Positions 26,425 to 38,819 of a DNA stretch of 64,000 bases are shown one piece after another. The notes under the pieces were generated by a model. It saw only the letters and a list, made by a program, of their open reading frames with translations. It did no database searches and was not told the DNA's origin. Origin of the DNA: Octopus sinensis (taxonomy: Eukaryota); contig NC_042998.1 in NCBI RefSeq assembly GCF_006345805.1, positions 135,532,001 to 135,596,000 of the forward strand, in the 5' to 3' direction. Both the position numbers and the translations under genes were made by a program. Positions within the stretch are counted from its first letter, which is position 1. Each line of letters begins with the position of its first letter.

Positions 26425-28325
26425 CAGGGCGCGATGGGTAAATTGTCGCCATTTTATAGTTTTAATTTCGCGCATGCGCATTGTTTGTTTTTTATTTTGT
26501 CGACTACACAGTAGGGTCAGTTGGGCATCGTCTTTGAGAAAAACAGGACTCTGTTAGAAATTTGGAAATGACATGCTGTACTGCTTAGAATTCGCACCGG
26601 AAGCTGCAATACGAACAGATGATGAACACAGAGCAATCGTTGGCTTGCTGTGTCCCCAAAACATGTACCGAGAGTTGTAGCGTAAACTCGAGTGAAATTC
26701 CTCTCACCTTTATTTTATATACGTACATACGAACGTAGCAGATAATAGCTGACTTTTGGTCACTATTTGGACCCCGTTGTGTCCAGTACTCTGGTTCGTA
26801 TTGGCGCAATTCATCTCTTCCTCTGTCGCGCCAATCTGCAGCATATAACCAATAGGAGCCCTAAATAAGATCACGTGGAACAGCCTGTTCTTAACTCAGT
26901 TTGATATTTCTTTATAATATTTTTTTACACTTAATTCAGTTTGAGCCTACTGCTCGATATAAAAACTCGCCTTCTCCTCGTCTCGAAGTCTTTGGTTCCA
27001 GACCTTTTAAGGTCTAGCCACTGACCACACAAGACACAGCCACTTCCAACGACAACGCCAGACGTCCAGGTTTCAACACAGCACTGTTCGTGAATTACTT
27101 CACCAGGGGTCAACAGCAAGTATACAAATGCGAGCCGGACGACAACAGCATTACGACAATTTGTTTCTTCGTCGCTACTATTTTCTTAATGACGTCAACA
27201 ACATCTCTGCGTACACAGCTCAACCAGCAACACTGCACAGGTTCTAACATAGCACTGTTTGTGAATTACTTCACCATGGTTAACAGCAAATACAACCTGT
27301 GAGAACTCCTGTACAAGTGACCCAGGAAGCAGCATTACAGCTACAACTCCGTATGACACGTACCGCAACTCCAGCTCTGCATTTTCGCCGCAACTTCTTA
27401 ATACATTATTTCCATCACCGTGTACAATTGACCACGAACTGGTATTTCTCATTCTTGTGTCTATGAACATTCGTCTAACTTCTCATTAAAGACTCTTTCA
27501 CTTTCTTCCTCGGTGTTGCTCTTATATGTACTCAACACACACGCGTACATTCATTCTCATACACACATACACTTTGTCCTCATGACAGTCTGTCTATTAT
27601 TCTGTATACATGACGCACATACACATATTAACGTATCAATAAAAATTCTCTCAGAAACATTCTACTCGGTTGTGTCTCTCTCTTTCCAACTGGCACATTA
27701 TATGCATTATTCCAACCTTCTGATCTGAGTCGTTATTAGATGGTCACACCACACTTCACTTCGACTATCTATAGAGTGATAAAAATCAAACATCCAATCA
27801 ACATCATGGTATTTGGAGTGATCACTAGTGCTGGCGATGTTATGTCTCCATTCATCTTCCTACACAGCCTCACACTCAACACGGAGGCCCTGGAGGAGGT
27901 AGTACTGCCCTGGGTCAAGAAGGTAGCTGCTGGAAGACCCTGGCAATAGGACTCTGCACCATGCCACACAAGCAGGAGAACCCAGTCATGGCTGTCAGAC
28001 AATTTCTGCGACCACATCATCCCTAATATCTGGCCACCTAGCACTCCAGACTCCAAACCTTTTGATTATTATGCGTAGGGTGCAGTTGAGCGAGAGACCT
28101 ACAAAACTTGTAATATCAAGGATGAACTGAAGGCATGTAGTATTCTAGCATTCACCAATAAGGAGACCGTCCAGAAGAGTTGTAGGAGATTCCGAAGTCG
28201 TCTGTAGGCCGTGGTTTAAGCCAATGGCGATTTTAGTGAATAAATTTACTCTTTAGTATCTTTTATGTAATTTTGGTAAATATATCTGTTAAAATGAGAT
28301 GTCTGTGTTATTTTCATTTTCGTGT
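26425..28325 (+). mobile_element. DD37D (maT-type) Tc1/mariner relic, internally deleted and interrupted by a solo LTR
   Basis: TIR start CAGGGCGCGATGGG; catalytic segment QDSAPCH...WPPSTPDSKPFDY with 37 residues between the second and third Asp; coding resumes across the LTR (ccgagagt|gataaaaatc). Confidence 0.8.
26676..27773 (+). mobile_element. Solo LTR (1098 bp)
   Basis: TGTAG...CTATA termini (one mismatch from CTACA), GAGT target-site duplication (26672-26675, 27774-27777), CCAAT boxes, TATAAAA at about 26958, AATAAA at about 27638, internal 45-bp direct repeat. Confidence 0.8.
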
Positions 28326-28574
28326 ATGTTTATATATGAAAGAACAAGCAATGAAGCTGATTTAATGTATATGCTAAACCAATAAACTTGGAAAGAAAAA
28401 AAAAACTGTCGATATAAATTTTAAAAGCTAAATTCGTTCGATATGAAGAAAAGAGAAATTTATTGTTTCAAGCGCGACTCTTAAGATAAATAGATCAAGT
28501 GGAGATGTGCTGTTAGGTGGAGAGGGAAAATATCGAAAAGTAATTTTTGTGTGGTGGAGAAACAATACTATAAG

Positions 28575-29058
28575 AGGAGTTCTGCTCAGCCTCCGATCCT
28601 CACAGCGGAGCTCGTTTCAATGCGGTGCCATCACTCGCAACTGGCACTCAACTTGATAGCGACTGCCTACGCATCGACTTTCCTCTGAAGTTTGGTCCTC
28701 AGATCTGTGAGCCACATGAATGCCGCTGTGGATCCATTGTGGATTCTTTCGGCCGCCAACTCACCGTCATACCATCATAGTGCTGGCCGGCTTCCACGCC
28801 ATACCGCCCATAACAAAATCACAAAGTATAACCTTTACGCCGCAGACTTCCCTTCCCAGTCCGAGCCAACGGGGTTAGACCAAAGGGACGATAATAGGCC
28901 GGACGGTATGACAATTTTCCTGTTATGCAGCGGTAGGCCTCTAATCTTGGATGTCACATGCTGTGACACCTTCTCCAGCGGCAACTTGGTGTTGTCAGCT
29001 ACCAGCCCAGGCTCAGTTTCTTGTCAGGCTGAGGAAAGCAAACTGTCAAAATATTCCA
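28575..29058 (+). mobile_element. CRE-like non-LTR retrotransposon C-terminal fragment (Zn knuckle and restriction-like endonuclease)
   Basis: SGARFNAVPS...LRI...ICEPHECRCG...AGRLPRH...EPTGLDQRDDNRPDG...LILDVTCCDT...AEESKLSKY. Confidence 0.75.
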
Positions 29059-29089
29059 GCACATTTCCCTTACCATCCTCCGGGTAACG

Positions 29090-29097
29090 CCTTTTCC
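29090..29097 (+). promoter_or_regulatory. TCT/5'TOP-like pyrimidine initiator, candidate TSS of the microprotein gene
   Basis: cCTTTTCC matches YC+1TYTYY, 25 nt upstream of the ATG. Confidence 0.3.
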
Positions 29098-29115
29098 ATT
29101 TTGTCTGCTGGTGCC

Positions 29116-29135
29116 ATGAGAAATGTTTCTATATT
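29116..29135 (+). CDS. Coding exon 1 of a 56-aa single-pass membrane microprotein (MRNVSI+2 nt)
   Basis: gtgccATG Kozak context, then AGA AAT GTT TCT ATA TT|gtgagt, a consensus donor at 29136 whose phase 2 matches the acceptor at 31093. Confidence 0.7.
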
Positions 29136-31093
29136 GTGAGTGACAAAGTTCTCCTCTAATGCTATTATTTACACATAATCGCTTATGTATATCCCTTTCT
29201 TTTCTTCATTTTTCCCAAATATTCTAAATTTCAATAGATTAAATTAATTTCAGAAAATGAATTTAGATACTAAGGAGGAAATCTTTTCATTGTTAGTTAT
29301 CAAGCTGACAGCTATGGCCGTATGTCGGTTTTATTGTGTATCTCTAGGAAGCATAATCAAGCTCGAGCATACATGATCCGTCGACAATTTTTTTTTTTTA
29401 ATATCGAAAGAACTCTAAATCTTTTGGCCAGTAATAAATGGTCAATAAGAAAAAAATATGATCTAAGGGAAATAACTTAAGTAAACGAAAAAGGTTCGAG
29501 TGCAATGAGTTCTCACGTTTCTTCGAAAAAAGAAATGTTATGTATATCGGCATTATCTATTGAAAGAAAATACAATCAAATACCTAAATTTACATAAATA
29601 CACGCTCGTTTTCGAGCTTAAATATAGACTAAGTTATAACGTAGCTCAAAACTAAACAAGAACTTAAATTTTGACGACACCGTATCAAAACAAAACTAAC
29701 TCCATTTTCGGAAGAGCTCCACGAACTATCACCTTGAAAAATTAGAAAGAAATCAACATGGCCAGGCGGCCCCTGTCTCGGTTCACGAAAATCAATATCG
29801 GATGGTAAGTCTGTTTTCTAAGCTTCCCTTTCTCTCTGATATGTATCTACACATTGCACATTGCCTTGCATACTTTGGCGATCTTCCATTTTATCTCTTA
29901 TATTATTATTATTGTTATATAAGGCGGCGAGCTGGCAGAATCGTTAGCAAGCTAGGCAAATGCTTAGCGGCATTTCGTTCATCTTTTACGTACTGAATTC
30001 AAATTCCGCTGAGGTAGACTTTGCCTTTCATCCTTTCGGTGCTGATAAATTAAGTACCCGTGAATTACTGGGGTCGATGTAATCGACTGGTCCCCTCCCC
30101 CACAAAATTTCAGCCCTTGTGCCTTTAGTAGAAAGGATTATCATTATTATTATTATTATTATTATTAATATGGCGGCGAGCTGGCAAAATCGTTAGCACG
30201 CCGGGCGAAATGCTTAGCGATATTTCGTCTGCCGTTACGTTCTGAGTTCAAATTCCTCTGGGGTCGATAAAGTTAGGGACGGACTTCTTTCAGTTTCTGT
30301 CTACCAAATCCACTCACAAGGCTTTGGTCCGTTGAGGCTATAGTAGAAGACACTTTGCCCAAGGTGTCCTGCATTGAGACTGAACCTGGAACCATGTGGC
30401 TGGGAAGCAAGCTTCTTACCACACAGCCACTTTACAAAGCTCCCTCCCGATCTTATTATTTTGCATGCATTTTTAGTCCAATATTTCCTTGTTTCATTTT
30501 TGTTAATTTTATGAAGATTGACTTATCTAACATTTAATTCCCTGCCACACCTTGATAATAAATTAATTTTCAGATATAGCTATAACTAGATAAACATTGC
30601 ATAGTATATGTCTGTGGTTGTTGTTTTGCTACTGTTCAGTCCTGGTTGATCAGACGTTCCAGTCTTGACCATCTCTTCTGTGTAAAGGTATTCTGTTGAC
30701 TTGCCACCCTTGTTTAGATCCAATTTATTCCTAATGGAGCAGATCTCTGATCCAGCTATGGCTACTCTGTGTATTTGAACAATACAGAAGAGATCGGCCA
30801 ATGTAGCCTTATTTAAGACAGTAGAGTGTGACTTGATGAACATACAGCAGCTTTTTCTAGCAGATCGAACGACTGTGTAGAGGTTCCCTCATTGCTTTGT
30901 GTAGCTGACTTAAGTTACAGTTAAAGGTATCAGAGCAATCAAGCTGATTTGATTTTTGACACTCCGCATGATTATAAAATATTCTATAATGCATCCAGTC
31001 ATCCCTTAATAAGTATGCCTACTAATAATGGAACATTTTCATTTTTGCAATTATTTTCAAATTATATTTAAAATTGATTTTCTCTCTTTTCAG

Positions 31094-31244
31094 GGGTATT
31101 CTCGTTGTGGTTGGCATAACAAGTTTTGCTGTTGCCAGGACATTGGTTCAAAACCAGCGCTATGAAGTGATGAAGAGCAAACAGAGAGTTCGAGATGCCT
31201 GTAAACAAGATGTTTTGGAGGCAGCGGCTAAAACATTATCCTAG
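31094..31244 (+). CDS. Coding exon 2 (terminal) of the 56-aa microprotein; resembles DUF4748-type small membrane proteins
   Basis: Acceptor tctctcttttcag|G at 31093/31094; open frame GILVVVGITSFAVARTLVQNQRYEVMKSKQRVRDACKQDVLEAAAKTLS-TAG (31242-31244). Hydrophobic N-terminal helix followed by a basic/charged tail. Family resemblance is from memory only. Confidence 0.75.
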
Positions 31245-31585
31245 CATTTGCACAATATACACCAAGTGCATCTAGTTTTCATGATTTGCTGGAGAACTAT
31301 TTAGAATGAAGCCAGTATCAGCTTCTCTCTTTCTGGAGGAAATGGCTTATTCAAGAAAGGTTTCTAACAATCATTTTAATAGTGAGAAAAGTGCTAATGG
31401 CCAAATCTCTGAACTGACATTCAATTTCCAATTGCTGTAATTTTATTTCTTACAGCCTCGCAGAGCAAACGTATATGCATCATAAAACACCATTTTGATG
31501 TCAATCAATGTATGTATGCATATACATATGTATGTGTATGAAAACTCTTACCCTTCATATGCACTAACATGGAATGTAAAATGAA

Positions 31586-31646
31586 AACATGGGTGTTTAA
31601 AGAAATGAAAATGTTCTACATTTTCATTTCTTTAAACACCCATGTT
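31586..31646. repeat. Perfect 29-bp hairpin with a 3-nt loop
   Basis: aacatgggtgtttaaagaaatgaaaatgt-tct-acattttcatttctttaaacacccatgtt. Confidence 0.95.
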
Positions 31647-34310
31647 AAATTGATTTAATACAAGTTTTTTCGCAGATGTGTTATTGTGATAATGATTAAA
31701 TTATTTCTGGCTTTCAAGCTCATCTTTTCATACAGTTATGTTTAACTCTTTCAGTACCCACTCACCTACCTAAAACTGCTTATATTAAAACATTCATATC
31801 TTAAATTCTCAATCCAGTTTTCATTATTACATGAGTAAAATACAAAATTATTTTAGTAGTTAAACATTTGTTGTTTGTTGTATTTTTAGAACAGAACTTA
31901 AAGATAAATAATTTGTGATTTCTAAATAAGCTTGTATTTCATGTGGAGGCATGGATCTTTATATATAGAGCAAAGCTTTTTGTCAGAAAGATTATGAATA
32001 CCCTGAGAATATATACATTTGAAGAAAAAGGATTACCTCAGGCCTTAAGATTCTTCTCTCCCCCATGACATATAAACTTATCCAAAATCACAAACTTCAT
32101 TCAATGATTTTGCTAGCATAGACAACCATTATGTTCCTCAAACACTCTTTTTTTATTCACTAAATAAAAACGTTACAATTATTTTGCTAAAACCACCCAC
32201 TGAGCATGTTGCAGTCCACTGGTACACTTGCATGGGAAAACATGTTAAATGATGATAGATATATACTATGTATATATATATCATGATCACACACCCACAC
32301 ACCCTTAGACTATTGATCTTAGAATAATTTTTGCAGTGCAGGAACTAATGTTGAAGTCAGTGGTTTGTGTGTGTGTGCATGCATGCCTCTATAGAGCTAT
32401 GTGGTGAGTTGTCCTGCATCTTAACCTCATAACTATTCTGCAAGCTAATGAAGCACTAGTTATATAATGCTCCTACTCCTAATGACAGCTGTTTCTGCTT
32501 TAGACCAAGATATCTTGTTATGAGCACAACATTTGGCTCTGAGAAGGAGATATCAACACTTAAATGAATTTTTGGTGAAGAGCCAGGCAGATTATCTACT
32601 CAGCTTCTATTGTTTTGATATATAACAACAATTGGTATTAGTGAACCAATTTACACACATGATACAGTTAAACACCAAATGCTCCACTATTCATACTCAG
32701 TCTTTGCAGTGTACATCAATGGTGTATTTGCCCCATAGACTTCAGCAGATGGGATAATAGAAGTAAGGATGTTTTTGCTTCTAATAGCATCAGTAATGTA
32801 AACAAGATGGATATAAAATAGGCACAAGATGGCTTTACAGGTGCTGGCAAAGCTGTAAGTTCACTTCTCCATGTAGTTTGGGGTTCATTCCCGCTGCATG
32901 GCAAAGTGTCTTATGCTATAGCCTTGGGCCAACCAAAGCCTCTTTTTTTATTTTTTTTTTATTGTTTCGGATCTTGTGAGAGGATTTGGTTGACAAAAAC
33001 TAAAAGAAGCCTGTCATGTGTGTATATATATGAGTGTGTGTGTGTGTTTCTACCTCCCTGACGTTGCCTGATAGTTGAAAACAGATGTCACTGTCATATT
33101 AGTGTTGTCATTCATTTTCAGTCTTCTGTGAAAACGTGTCTGGTCATGAGGAAATATCTTGCTTGGAAGCAAGTGAGAGTTGCTGATTGGAAGGGCATCT
33201 GACCATAGAAAATCCATCTCAAACAAATTCATTCTAACCCATGTAAACATGGAAAAGTGATGTTAAAATGACAATGACGAACATGATGATGATGGAGTTG
33301 GTATAGTTAAAACGTGACTGGTAATCGGAACTTTAATTCTATCCTTAGGGGCTCTCATCCTTTTTATAACTTAATCAGAGGGCTAAGGGTAGCAGCCCTG
33401 GCCGATTTCAGGGTCCCCATGGCCGGCAGGATGAAGTTATCCTGAGGTTGTAGACAGCCTGAATGCTTGCAACAAAATTCCATTTAAGGCACCCAAGTGT
33501 AAGCTGGTAGTGTTAAACCAGTCCAAAAACGGTACCAGTGAGCTTCTACATAGCTTCCATCTAGCAAATTTCATTCATGAGGTTTTACTCACCTAATGTG
33601 TTGTGCAGTGGGGATCGAACTCGAAATCACATAGTTGCAAAGTGATCTTCTGAACCACAGATCTATGCCAGCGGTCACTGTTTATGTGTTGAGAAACAGT
33701 ACCTTCCTAGGTGCGTTAGTAGTACTGTTAGTTGGTTATAACTTCAGAATAAAACAATGATAAAATGATCATTAGAAATTGTTTCTAAATAAATTATGTT
33801 TCTCCTAAATAACTAAAATTGTTCGTGGCATGCAAAAGAAATATTTCCTGAAAGCTGTAACATTCATTGTCATTATAACAATATTAAAATAAGGCGACGT
33901 GATGACAGAATCGTTAGCACGCCGGCTGAATGCTTACCAGCATTTCGTCCATCTTTACATTCTAAGTTCAAATTCTACCGAGAACGACTTTGCCTTTCAT
34001 TCTTTTGGAGTCAATAAATTAAGTACCTGGGGTCGATTAATCGACTAGTTCCCACCGCAAAAATTTCAGGCCTTGTGCCTAAGTAGAAACGATCATAACA
34101 ACAAACAATATATATCATTTTTTTTCTCTCGTTTTTTTTTCTTCTGTGTATCTTTCTGTCGAAGAGCGTAGACTCGAAACGTAAAAGACTTGTTCTATTT
34201 CTGTTCCTGAGCGCCATACTTATACATTTGTTTGTTTGTACTCCACCTGCCTTCGTCTTTTGTTTATTTTCGTAAACCTTCCCGTTATATATATATATAT
34301 ATATATATAT

Positions 34311-34667
34311 AGGCGCAGGAGTGGCTGTGTGGTAAGTAGCTTGCTTACCAACCACATGGTTCCGGGTTCATTCCCACTGCGTAGCACCTTGGGCAAGTAT
34401 CTGCTACTATAGCCTCGGGCCGACCAAAGCCTTGTGAGTGGATATAGTAGATGGAAACTGAAAAGAAGCCCGTACATATATATGTTTGTGTGTCTGTGTT
34501 TGTCCCCCCCCCAGTATCGCTTGACAACCGATGGTGGTGTGTTTACATCCCAGTAACTTAGCGGTTCGGCAAAAGGGACCGATACAATAAGTACTAGGCT
34601 TCCAAAAAATAAGTCCTGGGGGTCGATTTGCTCGACTGAAGTGAAACGACTGAAATAAGTAAAAGAG
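34311..34667 (+). mobile_element. SINE family A
   Basis: aggcgcaggagtggctgtgtgg...tgaaataagtaaaagag. Confidence 0.85.
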
Positions 34668-35149
34668 AATTTAAGTAAAGGGAGACAATTGTGTATTTAG
34701 TAAAAAGGAGTTATCTCCCACAATGTCTGCTACAAGGGCAAAGTGGGCGTCAAAATGAAGCTGATATATATTGGACACATTTGTTACAGAAATACGCAAA
34801 GGTAATTTCAACTGAACTAATTAATCAGTCTTAACTCGATGAATTTATAGGTTTCTAGTTTATATTAAAGCTGTTTTATTCAAATTATTCATTCACCTTT
34901 CGGCCCTCAGTGTACGAAAGTACCACAAAAGAATATCCTCGAGTTCATTTTTGAAAGTTGCTATTTGTGACGGAAGAGTCCCTTATGCAGGCAGATGTCC
35001 GACATGCTAGAAATAGCAGCCAAATTTTTATTATCCCTACAGTCTTAACGTAGTAATAATATGGACCTCAAGACGATGTCTGAAAAGAATAACGTAGGTG
35101 GTTACGGCCGGAACGCCACTAATCAACTGACCAGGAGTAAAACAACATT

Positions 35150-38100
35150 ACTTAGATAAGTTTCGGCTAAAGTTGGCCCAGGCCATGTCTAATTTAATTG
35201 CACCATCTGAAAGAGATACATAGCCAGTTCTTGGGCACCATAGCCCATTCGAGCAGAGATTTATTATTTTCAGAGATATATCCGGGTGTGGGTGGTTTAT
35301 CTGGTATTTGTTGGAGGTAATCATCTAGGAACCCTTTGAAAGTCGTGAAATCACTTTCCTTTTTATGTGGGTTGGCACAATGTTGAAGAAAGCAGGGCCA
35401 GTTGAGGTGAAATAGTTCTGTTGTAGTGTTGTGATACGACACGAACATGATTTCTGTGGTGGACGGATTGCACAAGGATGGGGGCAAACTTCGGATGAAT
35501 TTTAAAGATGATACCTATATCATTTGAGCAATGTTGATGGAATATTTTCCACATCATACAGATGATATAGCGCTCACGAGCTTTTTGAGTCGATCGCAAT
35601 AGTCAAGGCTTGTCATGTCATCTATGTTTTTTTTTTGTGATTGATTTCTGGGGAGCTTCAATTTTCATAAGATTCTGTATTGTATGGGGGATCACAGCGG
35701 ACAACAGTATTCAAGGTGAGGGCGAGCAAAAATAGAGAAAAGTAGAATAATGGTTGAGGCGTCTCTAGACTGGAAAGTCCTGAGGATCGAGGAGCACGCC
35801 CTGCGAACCATGTCAACTTTGCTGTTTATGTGAACACTCCAGCTTATTTTGTTATCAACAGTAACACCCGGATCTCTAGCAGTGCTGGAAGCCACGAGGG
35901 CTTCGCTCGAGGGAAAGGTGTATGGTTGTTGGAAAGCAGTCACTTTACCGAAGTGGATTAGGTTGAATTTTTTCTCGTTTAGCTGCATATTATGTTTCCC
36001 CGCCCATTGGATAACAGTCAACAGATCAGATTGAAAATTCTTCTGGTCTTCAAACGTGTCGACAACTTTCAGTAACTTAGAGTCATCCGCGAAAACATGC
36101 ATGCTATTGTGCTTGCTGACGTCGGTGATGTCGTTAATATGAAAAGGAGCTGGCCCAATATAGTGCCTTGTGGGACTCCACTAATAACTCTGGCTGAGAT
36201 CGATGGGACACCATCAATCACCACATGTTGAGTTCTGTTGATAAGAAAACATTCAATCCAAGTTAACAGTTTTCCTCGTACTCCAAAGTTGGACAGTTTC
36301 TTTAACAGGATGCAGTGATCAACCCTGTCAAAGGTTTTGCTGAAGTCAAGGTATATGACATCTGCATTGGAGCCCTCTCCCATGGCCTTTAAGATGTCAT
36401 TGAAATGATGCAAGAGTTGTATTAAGCAGTCCCTTCCATTGCGGAAGTCATGCTGGTTGAGAATAATCAGGCTGTTAGATTCTAAGAAGTGAGCTTCTCG
36501 ACATTTCACCGCTGTCTCAAATAAGAGAGGTGAGATCGGTCGGTAGTTCACGGCGAGTGATTTTTTGCCTTTCTTGAAAACTGGGGTAATAGCTTGGAAA
36601 AAGGAAATTTTTAGGAATATAGCTCGCATCCATTTATTTTCGCCGGAACGTAGCTAAGGGGAGACTTAACTGGGGTGTTTTTGTTAAATCTCGTTGGTAC
36701 GAGCACGAGTTGAGACAGGAAGAATTCGTCCATGAATTTGAACAGTGATTCCATTGCTGCTTTCTCTAGTGTTGAAATGCACACACTTATTTTCAGCGTA
36801 TGTGTAGTCCACTCAATACAAGGGAGATTGAAATCACCCATCATTAAAATGGTATCGATTCTACACTGGTTGGTTAAAGACTTGGCTTTCTTGAGGCATT
36901 CATCGAAGCACAATAGTGGCGCTTGAGGTGGCCTGTAGAGCCCAATTATCACTAAGTCGTTTGTTTCATGATGTACGGATACTAATTCACAGTAACCGTT
37001 GGAGAATGAGATATCCGTATCTGCAGTAAATGAATCGTGCAGGAAAATGGAAATTCCCCCCATTCTTCTGCCTATACGGTCCGCCCGAATGGTGGTAAAT
37101 TTTTTCGCTTTCAATTCAGCTTCCAGATGAGAGTTATCAAGATGAGTCTCAGTAAGGACGAAGAAGGGAATGTCCTGTGGGTGGTCAGTAACCCAATCTT
37201 CAATGAATTTAATCTTCCATCGTTTTGCCTTGCAGGAAGGACTAATGCCTAGATAATTCAGTAGAAACGTTAACGCAGGAGTAGTGATTTGATTGCACTT
37301 ATAAAGGGGCGTCGAAAAAGGTTTATGGCTTAACGGCAGCGAGGAGGAGAGTTTCTTCTCTAGGGTAGAGACAGAGATTGGTGCTGTGTGGTAGCCAAGA
37401 TACTTTTCTGTATGGATGAAAAAGAAGAATTTATCTGGTTAAGAAGTATTTAGTGACTGGAGTTGTGGTTACATTGACAGCTTGCTCAGTTGTTTGTGTT
37501 ATTTTTGTTTCTACCGGGAGTTCTCCTGTTGTTTGGTTTGTTGGGAATGTCCGTGTCGGGACTGTAGTCTTTGTTTCTGTTTTTGTTCACTCTAAGTACT
37601 TTTTTGGTATTTGGGTTGTGAGAAAAGTAGGTGCCAGCACTGCTGCAATAGGTTGGGGTTTTTCTGTAGAATTTGGTGTTGACTGAATGTATTGATTTTG
37701 AGCGTATGCCGAGTCCAGGGAAGATGCGTGAACATACAGTCTTGCTGAAGGCATAGTCGTCTATGTTGGGAGTTGCGGCAGATCTGGGAGTTACGAATAG
37801 ATTTCGATTTTGGTGGTGGTGCTATTGCAGTAAGGGTGATATAGCTGAAAACGTTTCTGTTTATAGAGCGTCTGGTCCCAGGTAAATGTGTAACGTTACA
37901 GTTAAGGTTTGTGCATAACATCTTACATAAAGAGTGGCAGCATATTTTGGGGTTTCGGGTTGGACGTGTTCCCTGGGGTAGTGGTTTGTAAATAGTTTTG
38001 GGTTTAATTTTGTCAGAGTTGACATTGAGGTAGTGGTGGCGGCGAGCTGGCAGAATCATAAGCACACTGGGTGAAATGCTTAGCAGTATTTCGCCCGTCG

Positions 38101-38790
38101 TTACGTTCTGAGTTCAACTGCCGCCGAGGTCGACTTTGCCTTTCATCCTTTCGGGAGTCGATGAAATAAGTAGCAGTTACGCACTGGGGTCGATGTAATC
38201 AACTTAATCCCTTCCCCTAAATTTAAGGCCTTGTACTTCCAGTAGAAAGGATTGAGGTAGTGGTGGTGGAGGAAGGAGAAAGAAGACGCAGTAGTAGGTC
38301 ACTTGCAGGGGTAGTAGTGACTATGGTGCCATTTGAGTTTGGTAGTGTTGACGTTGGGACAAAGGTAGTGCGAAAAAGAGGAGGGAGTGGTTGGTCACTA
38401 GTAGTATTGGAAGCAGTACTAGAGGAAGTATTAGTAGATGATGATAGTAGTAGTGATGATGTTGATGGTGTTGAATGGTGTTGATGGTGATGAATGCATT
38501 AAGGTATGTAGGCTGAGGGGTTCCTGTTACTGTAGTCCTGATTGTGACTGCTGCTGCTGCGATGGGAACTGTAATTGTTGTTGTGGTGGCTGTTGTTATT
38601 GCTGTTTATCTTGGGTTGCGGTATGAGAACCTTTTTTTTTTTTAGCAGTAATATTGATAGACTTGTAGCGTGGCAGTTTCAGCCACTTTGTTATATGACT
38701 ATAGCGATATCTAATATCTTCACTGTGTGAGCGGCAAAGCAGAAATAATCTCGTTTGAGCTTACAACCATCTTTGGCCAACTTGTTCTTT
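35150..38790 (-). mobile_element. Near full-length degenerate CR1/L2-group LINE (ORF1, APE, RT)
   Basis: APE (FFVLTETHL, GDFNLP), RT (YRPISP, VIYLDFSKTFD, SGVPQGTILG, FADDSK), ORF1 with Ser/Thr-rich linker and two CCCH fingers; SINE inserted at about 38034-38252; many stops and frameshifts. The 5' edge is uncertain. Confidence 0.85.
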
Positions 38791-38819
38791 TTCTAAACAC
38801 TAACTTGATTGGTTGACGT

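Noticed and set aside
34157-34190. (T/C)GAAGAGCGTAG(G/A)CTCGAAAC motif, also at 9946-9978
   Set aside because: Core lacks CUGA in both copies and there is no convincing cleavage triplet or stem I.
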